Assembly: GCA_028534125.1 (NCBI GenBank) | Contig: CM052816.1 | Span: 62,064,001-62,128,000 of the forward strand | DNA: 64,000 bases | Origin: Lama glama | Lineage: Eukaryota | Reading direction: 5' to 3' | Shown here: piece by piece, positions 1-11,472 of the stretch | Position numbering within the stretch: position 1 is the stretch's first letter | Layout: each line of letters opens with the position of its first letter | Made by a program: the position numbers and the translations under genes | The notes under the pieces: model-generated | What the model was told of the DNA's origin: nothing | What the model saw: only the letters and a program-made list of their open reading frames with translations | Database searches by the model: none

Positions 1-965
1 TGGGCCATTTGTAAGGACTTTGGCTTTTATGCTGCGTGAAAAGGGAGGCCCCTGAAGGGTTTTGAACATCTGATATGATCTGACTTGTTTTAAAATAATT
101 CTTCTGGCAGCTAGGTTAATGATAGACTACAAAGAAAGAGGGTAAAAGTAGAAATAGAGAGACCAGTTAAAAGGGAAGAGGACCTGGTTGCCTGGACCAC
201 AGTAGTAGCAGCAGAAAGGGTGAAAAATGATGAAACTTTGAAAAACAAAATTTTTTTTTCATGATAGAGCCAAGGTTTCCTAACAGATTCCATATGGGAT
301 ATGAGAGAAATCACAGATGACTCCAAGGTTTTTAGCTTGAAAAATGGAAGGATAGAGTTGCCAGAAGCTAAGAAAGGGAAAAGTTGTGGGTTAAGTAGTT
401 TTTTTGGGGGGTAGGGTAGGAGAAGAGATCAGGACTTCAGTTTCAGTATATAAACGTGTCAAATATAAGATGTTTAATTAGGCATTCAGGCGAGGGTGTT
501 ATGAATCCAGTTGGGTATATGAACCTCAGGTCGGGAGGGAGATACAAATTTGAGTGTCACCAGCAAGAAGGTAGTATTTGGAGTCATAAGCCCAGAGGAG
601 ACCATCCCGGGGGTAAGTGTGGGTGAGAAGAACAGAGGACCAGAAGCTGAGCTCTAGGACACTCCAGTCACAGAGAAACCTAAGAGGAGATGATGGACCA
701 ACTGAGAGAGGCCAGAGACAGAGGATAAAATCCAAGAGAGTGTGTTGTCCTAGAAACCAAGGAAGGGCAGTATTTCAGGGGGAATGATGAATTGTGATAA
801 ATGCTGTGAGTAAGTCAGATGAGGCCATTCGACTTAGCAGTTGGTTGTTCGTGACATTTACGATAGCAGTTTTGGAAGAGCAGTGTGGGAAAGAGCCCTT
901 TTAAAAGTGGATTTAAGAGAAAATGGGGGGAGAGGAGTTTGAGGATGAACGAATGGATAACTTTT
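1..965 (-). mobile_element. L2 LINE fragment (old, 3' region)
   Basis: Purine-rich sequence matching the reverse complement of the L2 3' region as recalled (e.g. gatacaaatttgagtgtcaccagca, tgatatgatctgacttgttttaaa). Boundaries approximate. Confidence 0.8.
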
Positions 966-1009
966 ATCTCATTCTACCTTCTGTTATCATCATTGTGTCT
1001 TCATCTTGT

Positions 1010-1136
1010 CTCTCCTTGAAGACAGGAGGAAGCTGTGTCTGTGACCACAACTACATGCCTGTGGAACCTGGCACAATGCCAGCACACAGCAGGCACCCAA
1101 TAAATGTTGGTTGACTGACTAATTGGTTGAATGAAC
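1010..1136 (+). mobile_element. L2 3' tail
   Basis: cctggcacaatgccagcacacagcaggcacccaataaatgttggttgactga...gaatgaa is a typical L2 terminus. Confidence 0.75.
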
Positions 1137-3554
1137 ATTAAGGGTGAAATTAAGTTGCTTCCTCATCCTTCTGGTGTTCCTCCATTTCCTTCATAATCCT
1201 TCCTTCCCTCCCTCCCCCTACACCTAGGCAGATACTCAGTGTCTTCCTGCTACCTTCTAACTGCCTCAGCTTTTGTTTGTCTTCCCTTCACCCTCTACAT
1301 GTTTGACAATTACCCATATTGAGTCTATCCCTCAAGAAGGCCACAGGGATAGGAACAGGACAGCTAATCTAATAAGAGATCTCCGGCTTGGGAATCTACC
1401 ATTTCATGGGGCTTCTTTTGGATAAAATCCACTAAAGTTACGGTATTCTAATACTAGGCAGTAAAGACCAGTAGGAGTCAGATCTCAATACAATAAAAAG
1501 AGCTTGAAATATGCAAGTGTTTCCTTTTCTTCATTTAATCTGAATTACACACATCTAACAGGAATAGTGATCAGCTATTTCTAGTAGAATGAGAAACTAA
1601 AATCAATCAAAGCCCCAGAGAGCTGTTCTTAATTGCCTTCTCCTGGTATTAGCCTTTATTTTATTGGTTGTAAATAGTATTAGATTCTTTTCAAATGAGG
1701 CATGGACCTACCTGTCTAATGAGCTAATGTACTTTCTTCAAATTAGTCACCGGAATGTGCTGATTTTAGGCTGTCGTGTAGCTGTTTAGTTAATTTTGGA
1801 TTGTAGAATCTGGATTGCTGGATTTCATTCATTCAGTTATTTAAGGGAAACCTGTATGTTGGACACCGCAGTATCAACAAAAACAACAAGGAAACAACAA
1901 CGGTAAAAAGTACCTTTAAAGCAAAGGCCAGTTACCATTGCTTTAAGAATTAGCAGCCACTGTCACCCATCAGGTTAGACAGGCTAAAACGAAACAGAAG
2001 TGTCCTCTTGTTCCTTTTCTAAACTCTCCTTTGCAATTACGAATACTATTCAACTGTGTCCTCAAACATTTATACAAATACATTCTGAATAACTGAATCC
2101 TCAATAGATAGGCGCTATATGCTAGTGCAAATGAAAACATTAGGGAACAAAGCGGGAAGCTGACTTAGTTCAAGTCATTTGACAACCAACGTGCAGAAGA
2201 GCTTAAGCAACAGAATTACCCAGGCGTGGAGTCTGAAAGCAGTCTGATAAACACCTTCCACCAGGCTGATAGCAAGAACTGTACAAATTTAATAAAGCAA
2301 ATTATTTCCACACGGAGAAAGCACACAGGAAGTGTACTGAGAACGTCTCCAGACAATTAGCACAAAGTGACCACGTGATTTTTCCTTGGTTTGCAAAGAC
2401 TGCCTGAAGGTCAAAGATCAGTACTGAGGGTGGACGACAGGTCTCAGTAAGGTGAAAGGAGCTGAGTGTAATCTGAAAACACCATGGTCATCAGAGAATA
2501 TAGATGTATACACATTAGATTCATTAATATTTGAATCAAAGGAAAACAGAAAAAAATGAAGAAGCGCATCACAAGTACTGACTTTATTCAGGAAATAAAA
2601 GGATTGTTAGCTCAGCAAAGTATAATAGTCATTGTTCAGTTTATCCCTGGAATTCCATGTGGTCCAGGCTAGGCTGCACCAGCTGTTGCAATTCAAGTTT
2701 GCTCTTGTATTATTCAGGCAATTTTGCAATAAAAACAGAGTTGAAATGAGCCAGCCTTTTTCATTTTCCTTTGCAGCCCTTCCCCCACAATCCAGCCTTC
2801 AGAACAACAAAATAAGACCGCACAGCATCTCGGTAAGAACACTTTATGAGTTTCCCCTCTATCATTATTCTCTTTTGGCTGAACAATCTTTTTTTGACAA
2901 CAGAGTATTTATCTTCTTTGCGATGCCTGTACTCATGGTCTTATGCCATCCACTGTGGTGATAATTTAGCTGGATAAAATGTGTACAGTCCATTTTGAAA
3001 GTCAGTTCGTAGTTTTTGCATTTTAAACTATTTTTCCTCACCCCCAAATCCATTTCAGATGGGTTAAAAGATGCCTAATAAAATACTAAAGGTTAGAAAT
3101 CAGAATAAAATACAATTTAACAGCTTTGAAGATTGTGAAGAGTTTTTTTTTAAAATTATAAGCTTAGAAACAGCAGATAAAATAATAAAGGAAATATTGA
3201 CAGATTTGCATGCATACAAATAGTCGTATTTGCACATAAAAACAGATTTACAGTCTTTACTTCATAGAGAGCTCTTGGAGGAAAACCCATCTCTGTGGTA
3301 TCATCAGATTTTCTATTATCACTCTTATACTATGAAGACCTTTTATAAAATACTTTAAAAAATCCTCAATGTCAGTCAAAATGTATGGATAAATCATAAC
3401 AAATTATGAATCAAAATAAATCATAGACAACTAAATAAATGAGAGGAGAACACTAACCCTTAAAAACGTCAATGACCAAATGCCACAAACAGCCAAATTC
3501 TCATGACATGCAATCCATGGACTTAATAAACATATTGGAGAGAACTTCCACCGA

Positions 3555-3945
3555 GAATCCTTGTCTCAATTATTACAGTGAGAGTTGCAAAAGGTTGATT
3601 TCCTCCTTCTATTGTTTTATCCATGTTTATTAGCTGCTTTTTTTTTTATAAAGAACAGCATTCCTTCTTTCTTTTAAGTGTAACTGTGGACTTTGGGTGT
3701 TATAATCAATTGTCATCGTTATTCTTTTTAATGCTCAAATTGTTCCATATTTGTCCAGTGAAAGTTCCTGTAAGTTAAGTCCTACGTCCCTTTGACATGA
3801 CACAGTTTTTGAGCACTTCTTTGACTTGTGAGACAAGGTGTCCCAGGTTCAACTTGACTACCCCTGACCCGGAATCAGCAATTTTCCAAGATATGCTATT
3901 TCTCTTAGTGGGGAATGGTATTTAGAAACACAACTGGGCATAGAT
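3555..3945 (-). mobile_element. Old L1 (L1MC-like) 3' fragment
   Basis: Motifs such as tttttaatgctcaaattgttcc and gtccctttgacatgac resemble the L1MC4/5 3' UTR in reverse orientation. Confidence 0.6.
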
Positions 3946-4757
3946 AAGTCTTCAGTGATGAAATTTCAGGCATTGCCAACAGTCTTTTGCAAGGGTCTTT
4001 TTGGAGTAGTCATGCCCTTCTGAAAGCTTCTCTGATCACACTGTGTATAGCACTGCGTGGAATATTGTTCTTCAAAGGCATAAGGGGACCTGGGAGCCAC
4101 ACACCTTCCTGGAACTTCACGGGGCTGGATGGGATTGAGATGGGGTGATGAGAGGAGAATCTACCATCATAGTCTCAGCCTCAGTGCCCTAAAACAAAAA
4201 CAACTTTAGGGAAAAACTAAGAAATTTCCCTCCTGACTTTTCTGCCTTGTCTGGGTTATTGAATAGATGTAGTCCAAAGCTAAAACTTCTCGATGTTTTC
4301 TTTATTTCCTGATTGACTCCACCTGCAGAATTCACTCTATTCTAAGGTGAATTACAGAACAGGCTTATTTGTTTAAAGGCCTTGTTAGTCTTCAGGCCTC
4401 AGACTACACCAGCATAAACTCGTCTCTGGCCTTAAGAGGAGAACGTGGAATACCCGGTTACTGAGCGTGAATCTGTGTGCTTTGTGTAAACTCTAGGTAC
4501 CATAAATATCAATGTAGCTATCATACCCAATTTCATTTTCCACCTTCAGATTTCTTGCTCCAGCCCTGCTGACTGGACAACAGGAGACAAGACTCTTCTG
4601 ATCCTTTCCAGAGTTCACTGGACTAGAGATATTTACCTCACCCAATCTCACCCAATCAGATTCCTTCTCTTAATGATTTGAACAAAGATACCTAGAGGGT
4701 CAGTCATCAGTGGTCTATTGTGGAGTTGGGCCAACAGCCACATATGAAGTGAGGAAG

Positions 4758-4904
4758 GTGGGGGAACAGTATAGCTCAGTGGTAGAATGTGTGCTTAACG
4801 TGCACGAGGTCCTGGGTTCAATCCGCAGGACCTCCATTAAATAAATAAACAAACAAACAAACAAACAAACCTAATTACCTCCCCCCTCACAAAAAAATAA
4901 TAAA
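4758..4904 (+). mobile_element. tRNA-Ala-derived SINE (camelid Vic-1-like), copy 1
   Basis: A box (tagctcagtggtaga), B box (gggttcaatcc), (AAAC)n, ctaattacctcccc tail and A-rich end. Perfect 11-bp TSD aagtgaggaag at 4747-4757 and 4905-4915. Confidence 0.92.
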
Positions 4905-5756
4905 AAGTGAGGAAGTAAAGAAAGATGACCGAGAGACTGTGACAAATGGACTAGTCTGGAGAAGGAACCAGGGATGAAGGAGACCACACTACTGCTACGA
5001 AACAGAGAGCTTCTGCCTGACATTCGAGCTCTCCGTGCCATGCCTTGTCCTTGGAGTCTGTGAAGTTTCTGTATCCTTGAAATTAACTTTCTTCTTTAGT
5101 AGAATTAGTTCTCTCTGCAACTGATGATCTTGGTTCTAACACTATACGATATAACTGTGCACATCCTTTTTTGTTAGAGGGAACAGTTGTACTTTGGGTT
5201 ATTTTGTCTGCAGTTATCAAGTGAATAGGACATTGCCAAATATTTGCATAGAAAAAAACTGCTTTATCAAGTAGTAAATGAATACTACACCTACTTCTTT
5301 TGCAAGAGCTATCAAATTTCCGTGCCTCAAATATCTGTGCCTCTATAGCTAAGATTTGAACCCACCAATTTACAAGCAATTCAACCAATCAGAACCCAGT
5401 AATGTCATGAGCTTATGTAAGCCTCACACATCTGTCTAGCTATGTTATTTATCAGAATTTGGTGGCTCAATTGTAGTAGTAGTACCTATTGTGGAACCGA
5501 GCAATACTCACAAGATCAACATTTACGGTTAGTCAGTCATAATAAAACAAAAATATAAACTATGATAAAAAAATGTGGGAGGGGTAGAAATTTTGAATTA
5601 AGTTAGGGAAGGGAAAAAAATGGAAAAGAGAGCAGCTGGCAGAATGCAGTTCAGTGTATGTTTGATCTTCCCCTGTTCTCGCTAGCTGCAGAGCTGCCCC
5701 TGTCAGCTCCAGACCTGGCGCTAGGATGTCAGTTCTGCTGCGAGGAGTTGGACATC

Positions 5757-6165
5757 ACAGCAGATGCTGTCGTTGCCCCCACCCCCAGCCCCTTCATCTC
5801 CATGCCCCATCCCCCAGCTGCTTCACGTGTTGGTTGGTAATGGCTCACAGGTGCATCCTTCTCCTGAGAACTGCCTTCTGCCAGCAAGAACCACTTTACC
5901 TGGAAATGCCTGGGAGGCTACACCCTACCCTCGGGGGTGGCCCACAGTACCTGTCTGACTGATAATGCAGGTACCACAGCCTAGGACCCCTTGTCTCGAG
6001 TTAAGGTAACTTGTCCTTGCTCCAGAGTTCCCTGTGGGATCAGGCTAGGGATAGATTTTGACTGAACCCTTCCCGCTTTCCTCATTTCCTCTGTGGGTTT
6101 CCCCTGAGGGTGTTCTGGGCATCTCCACTTCAGTTCTGTTTCTAGGGCATCCAATTTCAGACAGT
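5757..6165 (+). mobile_element. LTR16-like ERV-L solo LTR (old)
   Basis: cagatgctgt...ccccagctgct...gtgttggttggtaatggctcacaggtgc...ccttctcctgagaactgcc, ending ctgtttctaggg...tcagaca. Shares motifs with the LTR at 25061-25496. Confidence 0.7.
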
Positions 6166-7603
6166 CATCTAACATCTAACCTGGCTAAGCAGGCCATCTT
6201 CCACTTTGCTACTGTCTGTAGATATCCCAGCACATCAGTGGGGGAGTCACTATTCGGGCTGATCCTCTCGTAGTCAGTTTTCCTCTGTGACGCTGTTCCT
6301 CTCCACCCCATTATATATGCTCACCATTTAGCACCTGGCATCAGCGTTGTCTTTAGAGTTCTTCTGATGCCTTTGTGTAGGAAAATGCCTTAATGAGCTG
6401 TTTGAGGGTGGAAGGAGAGACCCTGAGGGCATGTATTTAAGAGGAGCATGAAACAAAAACATAGACAAATTGATCTGCAGAAGAATAAACAAAGATTTTA
6501 TACCAGGGTGAATCTAGAAGCATAGAGAATTTCAGGGGAGAAGGACAGAGAGAGATTTGGCAATAAGACAGGGGAAGGAAGAAAGTTCCCAGTCGTGGAG
6601 TAGCCAAAAGACATTTAAGACCAAGGGCATCGAGTGATCAATAAAGAGGTGTGTTGCTATGAAGTAAACTCCCCATAATGCTAAATCTTCAGTGTAAATT
6701 TAATTTGCCAGGACAGCCTTGTGGGCTGGTGATGTGGGAAATAAAAAGTCAGGGCAGTAAATATGCCAGTCCCAGAGCCACCCCTTTGCTGACACCGACA
6801 GTGAGTAGCAGCATCCTTTCAAGGGGGCAAGAGGTGCGTGTCCTGGCAGCAACAAGCAGTGAATGGTGGCCCAGGGGACACTAACAGAGGCAGAGAGTAG
6901 CAGCTGTGGCACGAAACTGACTCAGGGCAGGTAGGAGACAAACCCTCCTTCCCCCCAAATAACCTAGAAGAAAACCACGACTTAGAAGCAGGGAGAGAAG
7001 GGCTGGAATCCGGATTACACACCCACACACCCACAACGGGTACCGAACTATTATGAACACACAGTCTTTAATGGAATTCTGGCAAAGTGAAACATAAAGC
7101 ATTTAAATTTGTAGCATGGTTACATAATCTTCATTTGGCTTTCTCTCTCTCTCTCTTTTTTTTTTTTTTGCCCAGAATAGACAACATCAGAGCCTATTAG
7201 TGCTGTCCTTGGGAAGATTAAGTGCTTTTAGAAAATGTACTCTGCAATAAACAAAAGAAAAGCACAATCTGGTAACTAAAAACGATTTCCTAAGAGGAAA
7301 GACATGTACCTTTCCTTCCCTCCTCCTCTGAGTCCTACTGATTTTTTCATGTCGACTCTCAAACACCCACCTTCCAGACCTGTCCCCAATCAGCAAAGCT
7401 TTCTCCCTCCCTTGGGCACACTGTGAACTATAGTGTATGCTTCACAGTGTTCTATCCAATCAGGACTCATCTCAGGAAATATAAACTAAGACAGAGACAT
7501 ACAACTGGCAGAATTTCGAGAGTTTTACTGACCATTTACTTCACCTCAAGAAAGTCAATCTGTGTGCCAGGCCAAGCTTAATTCAGAGACAGGATTTCAT
7601 AAC

Positions 7604-8234
7604 TGTAACCCAGCAGGACCCTATGGGGCCTTCCCAGGACAGACCACCCCCTCCCCGCAATGTCCTTCACCTGCCTCTTGTCTGTAGAAAAATTCAGTTT
7701 CCTAGGCTTCCCTGAGTTCCAAAGAGTATGTTTCATCAGAGAAGTGGGAAAATGCAGAAAGAAAGGAAAACAGTCAAGCAAGACAAAATAGTGACAGTTT
7801 GGCCGTTAAAGTCAGGACCATTATTCACTCCTCAAGGGCTATGGATAATATTCTGAGCCATGGCCTCTGAGCTGTTCTACAGAGACTGAAACCCCCACCA
7901 GGTGGGAGAAGTTGACTGTAATGCTGCCGACACGCACGCAGACCCCAGACCGGCTGGAACCAGAAGGCTGACGATGTTGACTCCTGATCGCCTCACCACC
8001 AGCCAATCAGAAGAATGTCCACGAGCTGAGCACACCCCCCGCAACCGCGCTCCCTCACACTGTCTTTAAAGATCTTTTCCTGAGAACCTTTGGAGAGTTC
8101 GGGCCTTTTAAGCACCAGCTTTTCTAGACTCTTTGCTTGGTGCCCTGCAATAAACGCCGCGCTGTCCTTCACCACAACCCGGTGTCAGTGGACTGGCTTC
8201 GCCGGCAAGCGGACCCAAGTTTACTTCGGTAACA
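7604..8234 (+). mobile_element. ERV1-like solo LTR
   Basis: TG...CA termini (tgtaacc / ggtaaca, imperfect inverted repeat), CCAAT at 8003-8007, AATAAA at 8149-8154, 4-bp TSD with one mismatch (taac/aaac), CpG-rich 3' half. Confidence 0.85.
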
Positions 8235-8269
8235 AAACGACTTTATAAATTCCAAGAATCCAGGAACAA

Positions 8270-8480
8270 CAGTTACTACTTGAATAGTGTGTGCCATGTA
8301 CAAGTTCTTTGCTCATGTTAATTTGTTTCATTCTCATTGTGGTCCTGCGAGATGAGTACCGCCCTTGTCCTCATTTTACAGACAACTGAAGAGCAGAGAT
8401 GCTGAATAGCTTGTCTAAGGAGGAGCCGAACCCAGATGGAAGGAAAGCAGTCTACCCTGAGCTGGTAAGCCATGCTGCCT
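8270..8480 (-). mobile_element. MIR SINE
   Basis: tcctcattttacaga...actgaag core motif in reverse orientation. Confidence 0.65.
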
Positions 8481-9639
8481 GATGTAAGATGTTTACAAAT
8501 CCTGGTCTACAATTGCCATTCTTCTCCCAACAAAACACCATAATCTCTCATATTACAAAGCAGAGGCCGGTAGACAAATAGGAACAGCATTAGAAAAATG
8601 TGTACTCTCTCCCTCTGTCCTGGGAAATCTCGAACTGTATAAATCCTGGAGCTCTTGATATTTTCTGATTTTTAACAAAAAAACAAATGTGAAAGTGGCA
8701 CAGTTCCTATGGAAAGTGATGGTTTACATTTTGGAAATGATTTGTAATGGATTGTAACCAAAAAAAAGCTGTTACTTTTTAAAGTGTTCCCACTAGTATA
8801 TACACATGGTGAAAATGGGCTTGCAATGGAAAATGACAGTTCACTCTTCTGTCTTCCTCACATCACTCCTTCTTAGAGGAAAAGTCTGCTTAATTTTGTG
8901 ATAATCTACGTATCTCTGAAAACATGATTATACCAAAATTTTGATTGATCCACTGTAGACACTATTGACTGACTTCAGGAAAACAGTCCTGGAGAAAAGA
9001 CTTCCACTTAGTAACGGTCGCAAACCTGGTCTCTCTGGCTGGCTCTCTACCCAGGCACCCAGAGTGGAGGTCACCAGCCGAGAAGCTCCATCCAGGTCTG
9101 CAGAAACTCCAGTCAGTTCCTCAGCAGCTTCGTTAGAATTTAATTTTAATTTTTTTCAAAGTAATACATCCATTACTTTAAAAACCAATTGGTATTACAA
9201 AGATTTATAATGAAAAAATAAAAATGGTCCCTTCCTATTGCCATTCCATCTTCATTTTCCTCTCCACAGAGGTACTATTTCCAAATCTTTTAGCTGTTTC
9301 TTCTGGTATTTATCTCTGTATTTCTAAATATGTAATGGTAACAGTTTGACTTATATATACATCAAAAATAGGTAAAATCATGTTTATATAAAAAATCTTT
9401 AAGCTTTGCTTTCATTTTTAGTCTTTATTTCATCTGCTTTTTAGCTCCAGTCTTTCCACGTCTCTGGATGAGGTTCCCAAGTGAAGTTTTAGTACCTTAA
9501 AGATTAACCAATTGCAATAGGACATAAAGAATGTATCTCAATGTCCACAAAGTATTTAATAGATATATTCTTGAGATACACATAAACTACCTTAAAAATT
9601 GATTTTAAGTTCATTTAAGGAAACTTTAAGAAGCTTACT

Positions 9640-9811
9640 ACACTTTCCCATTGGTATTTGAAGGAGGTTGGTTCCAGGTCCCCCATGGACAAAAACCAAA
9701 ATACCAAATTCCACAGATGCTCAAGTCCCTTGTATAAAATGGTGCAATAGAGTTGGCCCTCCATATCTGTGGGTTCTGCATCTGGGGATAAGAGTGGAGG
9801 GCAAATTGCAT
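9640..9811. mobile_element. MER2/Tigger-type DNA transposon MITE
   Basis: ttggttccagg...ataccaaattccacagatgctcaagtcccttgtataaaatgg; shares motifs with the copy at 62252-62433. Confidence 0.75.
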
Positions 9812-11331
9812 TTTAAAATAGACCTGTGTATGAGCTCTTTGTCAAGAATTATCTTGTTTTCAGATCCCTGTTCACTAGTACGTATGCCTTATTCATTCTA
9901 CCCCAATATCATATTCAGTCTAAAAATACCCTCATATTCAATTTATGACCTATTGTGACATGAAGGTAATCTCTTTATTTTCCTGTCTTGTGTTTTGTAA
10001 GGTTTTCCTCTCTTAAGTGTATTACTCAGTCTCTGCCTCTATTATCTCATTTGGATCCTAAATTTATTTTCCCCTCGGAAATAGCCATATATGCTAGACC
10101 TGTATGCTTTGTTCAACACATTTATAAGAAGTATATTATGTTCCGAAGTTGTTTTTTCAGAGAACAATTCAGTCCCATTGCTGAACACCACCTTTCCCCA
10201 TCATTACAAAAACCCTTCTGAAAGCCTTCTTTCTGCTAAATGATTTGGTGTGCTGTCTATTTTGAGCATATGAGCAAGCACAGTTGTTTCTAAGTCAGAG
10301 CACAGTGTTTAAGTTAGAGTCGAAAATTCTATTCAGTTCCGTCAGCCTTTATTAGAGCATATGTGAATGAGGTGCTGAAATATCAAACACATCACCTCAG
10401 TTCAAGAAATGTGTGGTGTTTACAGTGACACAGACATGAAATAAGCAAAAGATGGATGGAGTTTGAGAGCCAAAATGAGTGATGCAAGCAAGCATCCAAA
10501 AAAAGGAGAGATGAGTGCAGGTTGAGGTTGTTGATGCAAGTTTTCATGCAGTGCTTGGGATCAGAGAGCCTGGGAAAAAGAGGAACTGAGCAGAGAGTAG
10601 ACCTGGCGGGACGGTGGAGAACGAGAGACTGTTGGTGGCAGAAGTGACGTGTGGTATCTGGGAGACAGGTATCTGGTGTGTTGTATTGGAGCAGAAAGCT
10701 AGAATCAAAAGGGTCAGGCAGGGAGAGCTTCCTCGCTGTGGAATCCATGACATAGGATGATTTTAAGTTTAAGGATGTATTACTACTCCCAGGGACATGA
10801 AAATCTCAACTTACGCAAAGTAAACCTTAGAAAAAAATGTTGCGTACCAGGTACCAACAAAATTTAGCAATGAGAAAGACTTCCGTTTGGTGCAGAACTA
10901 CAAAGTGGCTTGAAGTAAGGATGATTATCTCAAAGTGAGCCCAAGGCACGAGGGCTGGAAAATCTGTGGATTTTCATGGAATCAGGGTGTGTTGCTTCAC
11001 AATTATTTTTTATAACTCAACTTCCCCTTCATCTTCCCCACCCCATTTTCCTCCTTTCCTCTTCTAAATTCTGATCATGCCTGGAAGGGCACTGGAAAGA
11101 CTAGCACTGTATTTGGAGAGCCACTCACACCAAATTTGACTAGTCATACATGGTTCATTAGATCTCATGTTTATGCCAAGACGGTGAAGCTGCAAGTGCT
11201 GATATGAAAGCAATATAATGTGTCTTCAAGTGTGTTCGACTAGTGCAAAATGTGTGTTAAGACAACACAGAGCCAAAATAAACATCATGGGAGAGGGGAT
11301 TCTCTCTATTTTCTTACCAGTAGGCTGCAAC

Positions 11332-11472
11332 AGATCCATTCACCAGACAGCAATTTATCAAAAGATCAGTTTGCTGAAAAACCAATTTGCTGAGTGCCAG
11401 TTCGCCAAACCCTGATTTATGGACTAGTAATTAGCTGATTGAGTAATTCATCAAAAGATCTATTTGCTGAAT
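11332..11472. repeat. Degenerate ~16-bp tandem repeat array (consensus about CAATTYGCYGAA)
   Basis: About 8 units visible (ccattcaccaga, caatttatcaaa, cagtttgctgaa, caatttgctgag, cagttcgccaaa, taattagctgat, taattcatcaaa, ctatttgctgaa). Confidence 0.7.

Noticed and set aside
4760..4836. Apparent tRNA-Ala gene (and the seven similar copies)
   Set aside because: A-rich tails, TSDs, broken stems and multiple diverged copies identify these as SINEs, not functional tRNA genes.
11332..11472. CRISPR-like interpretation of the short repeat array
   Set aside because: The DNA is mammalian, the units are adjacent and degenerate with no unique spacers, and there are no cas genes.
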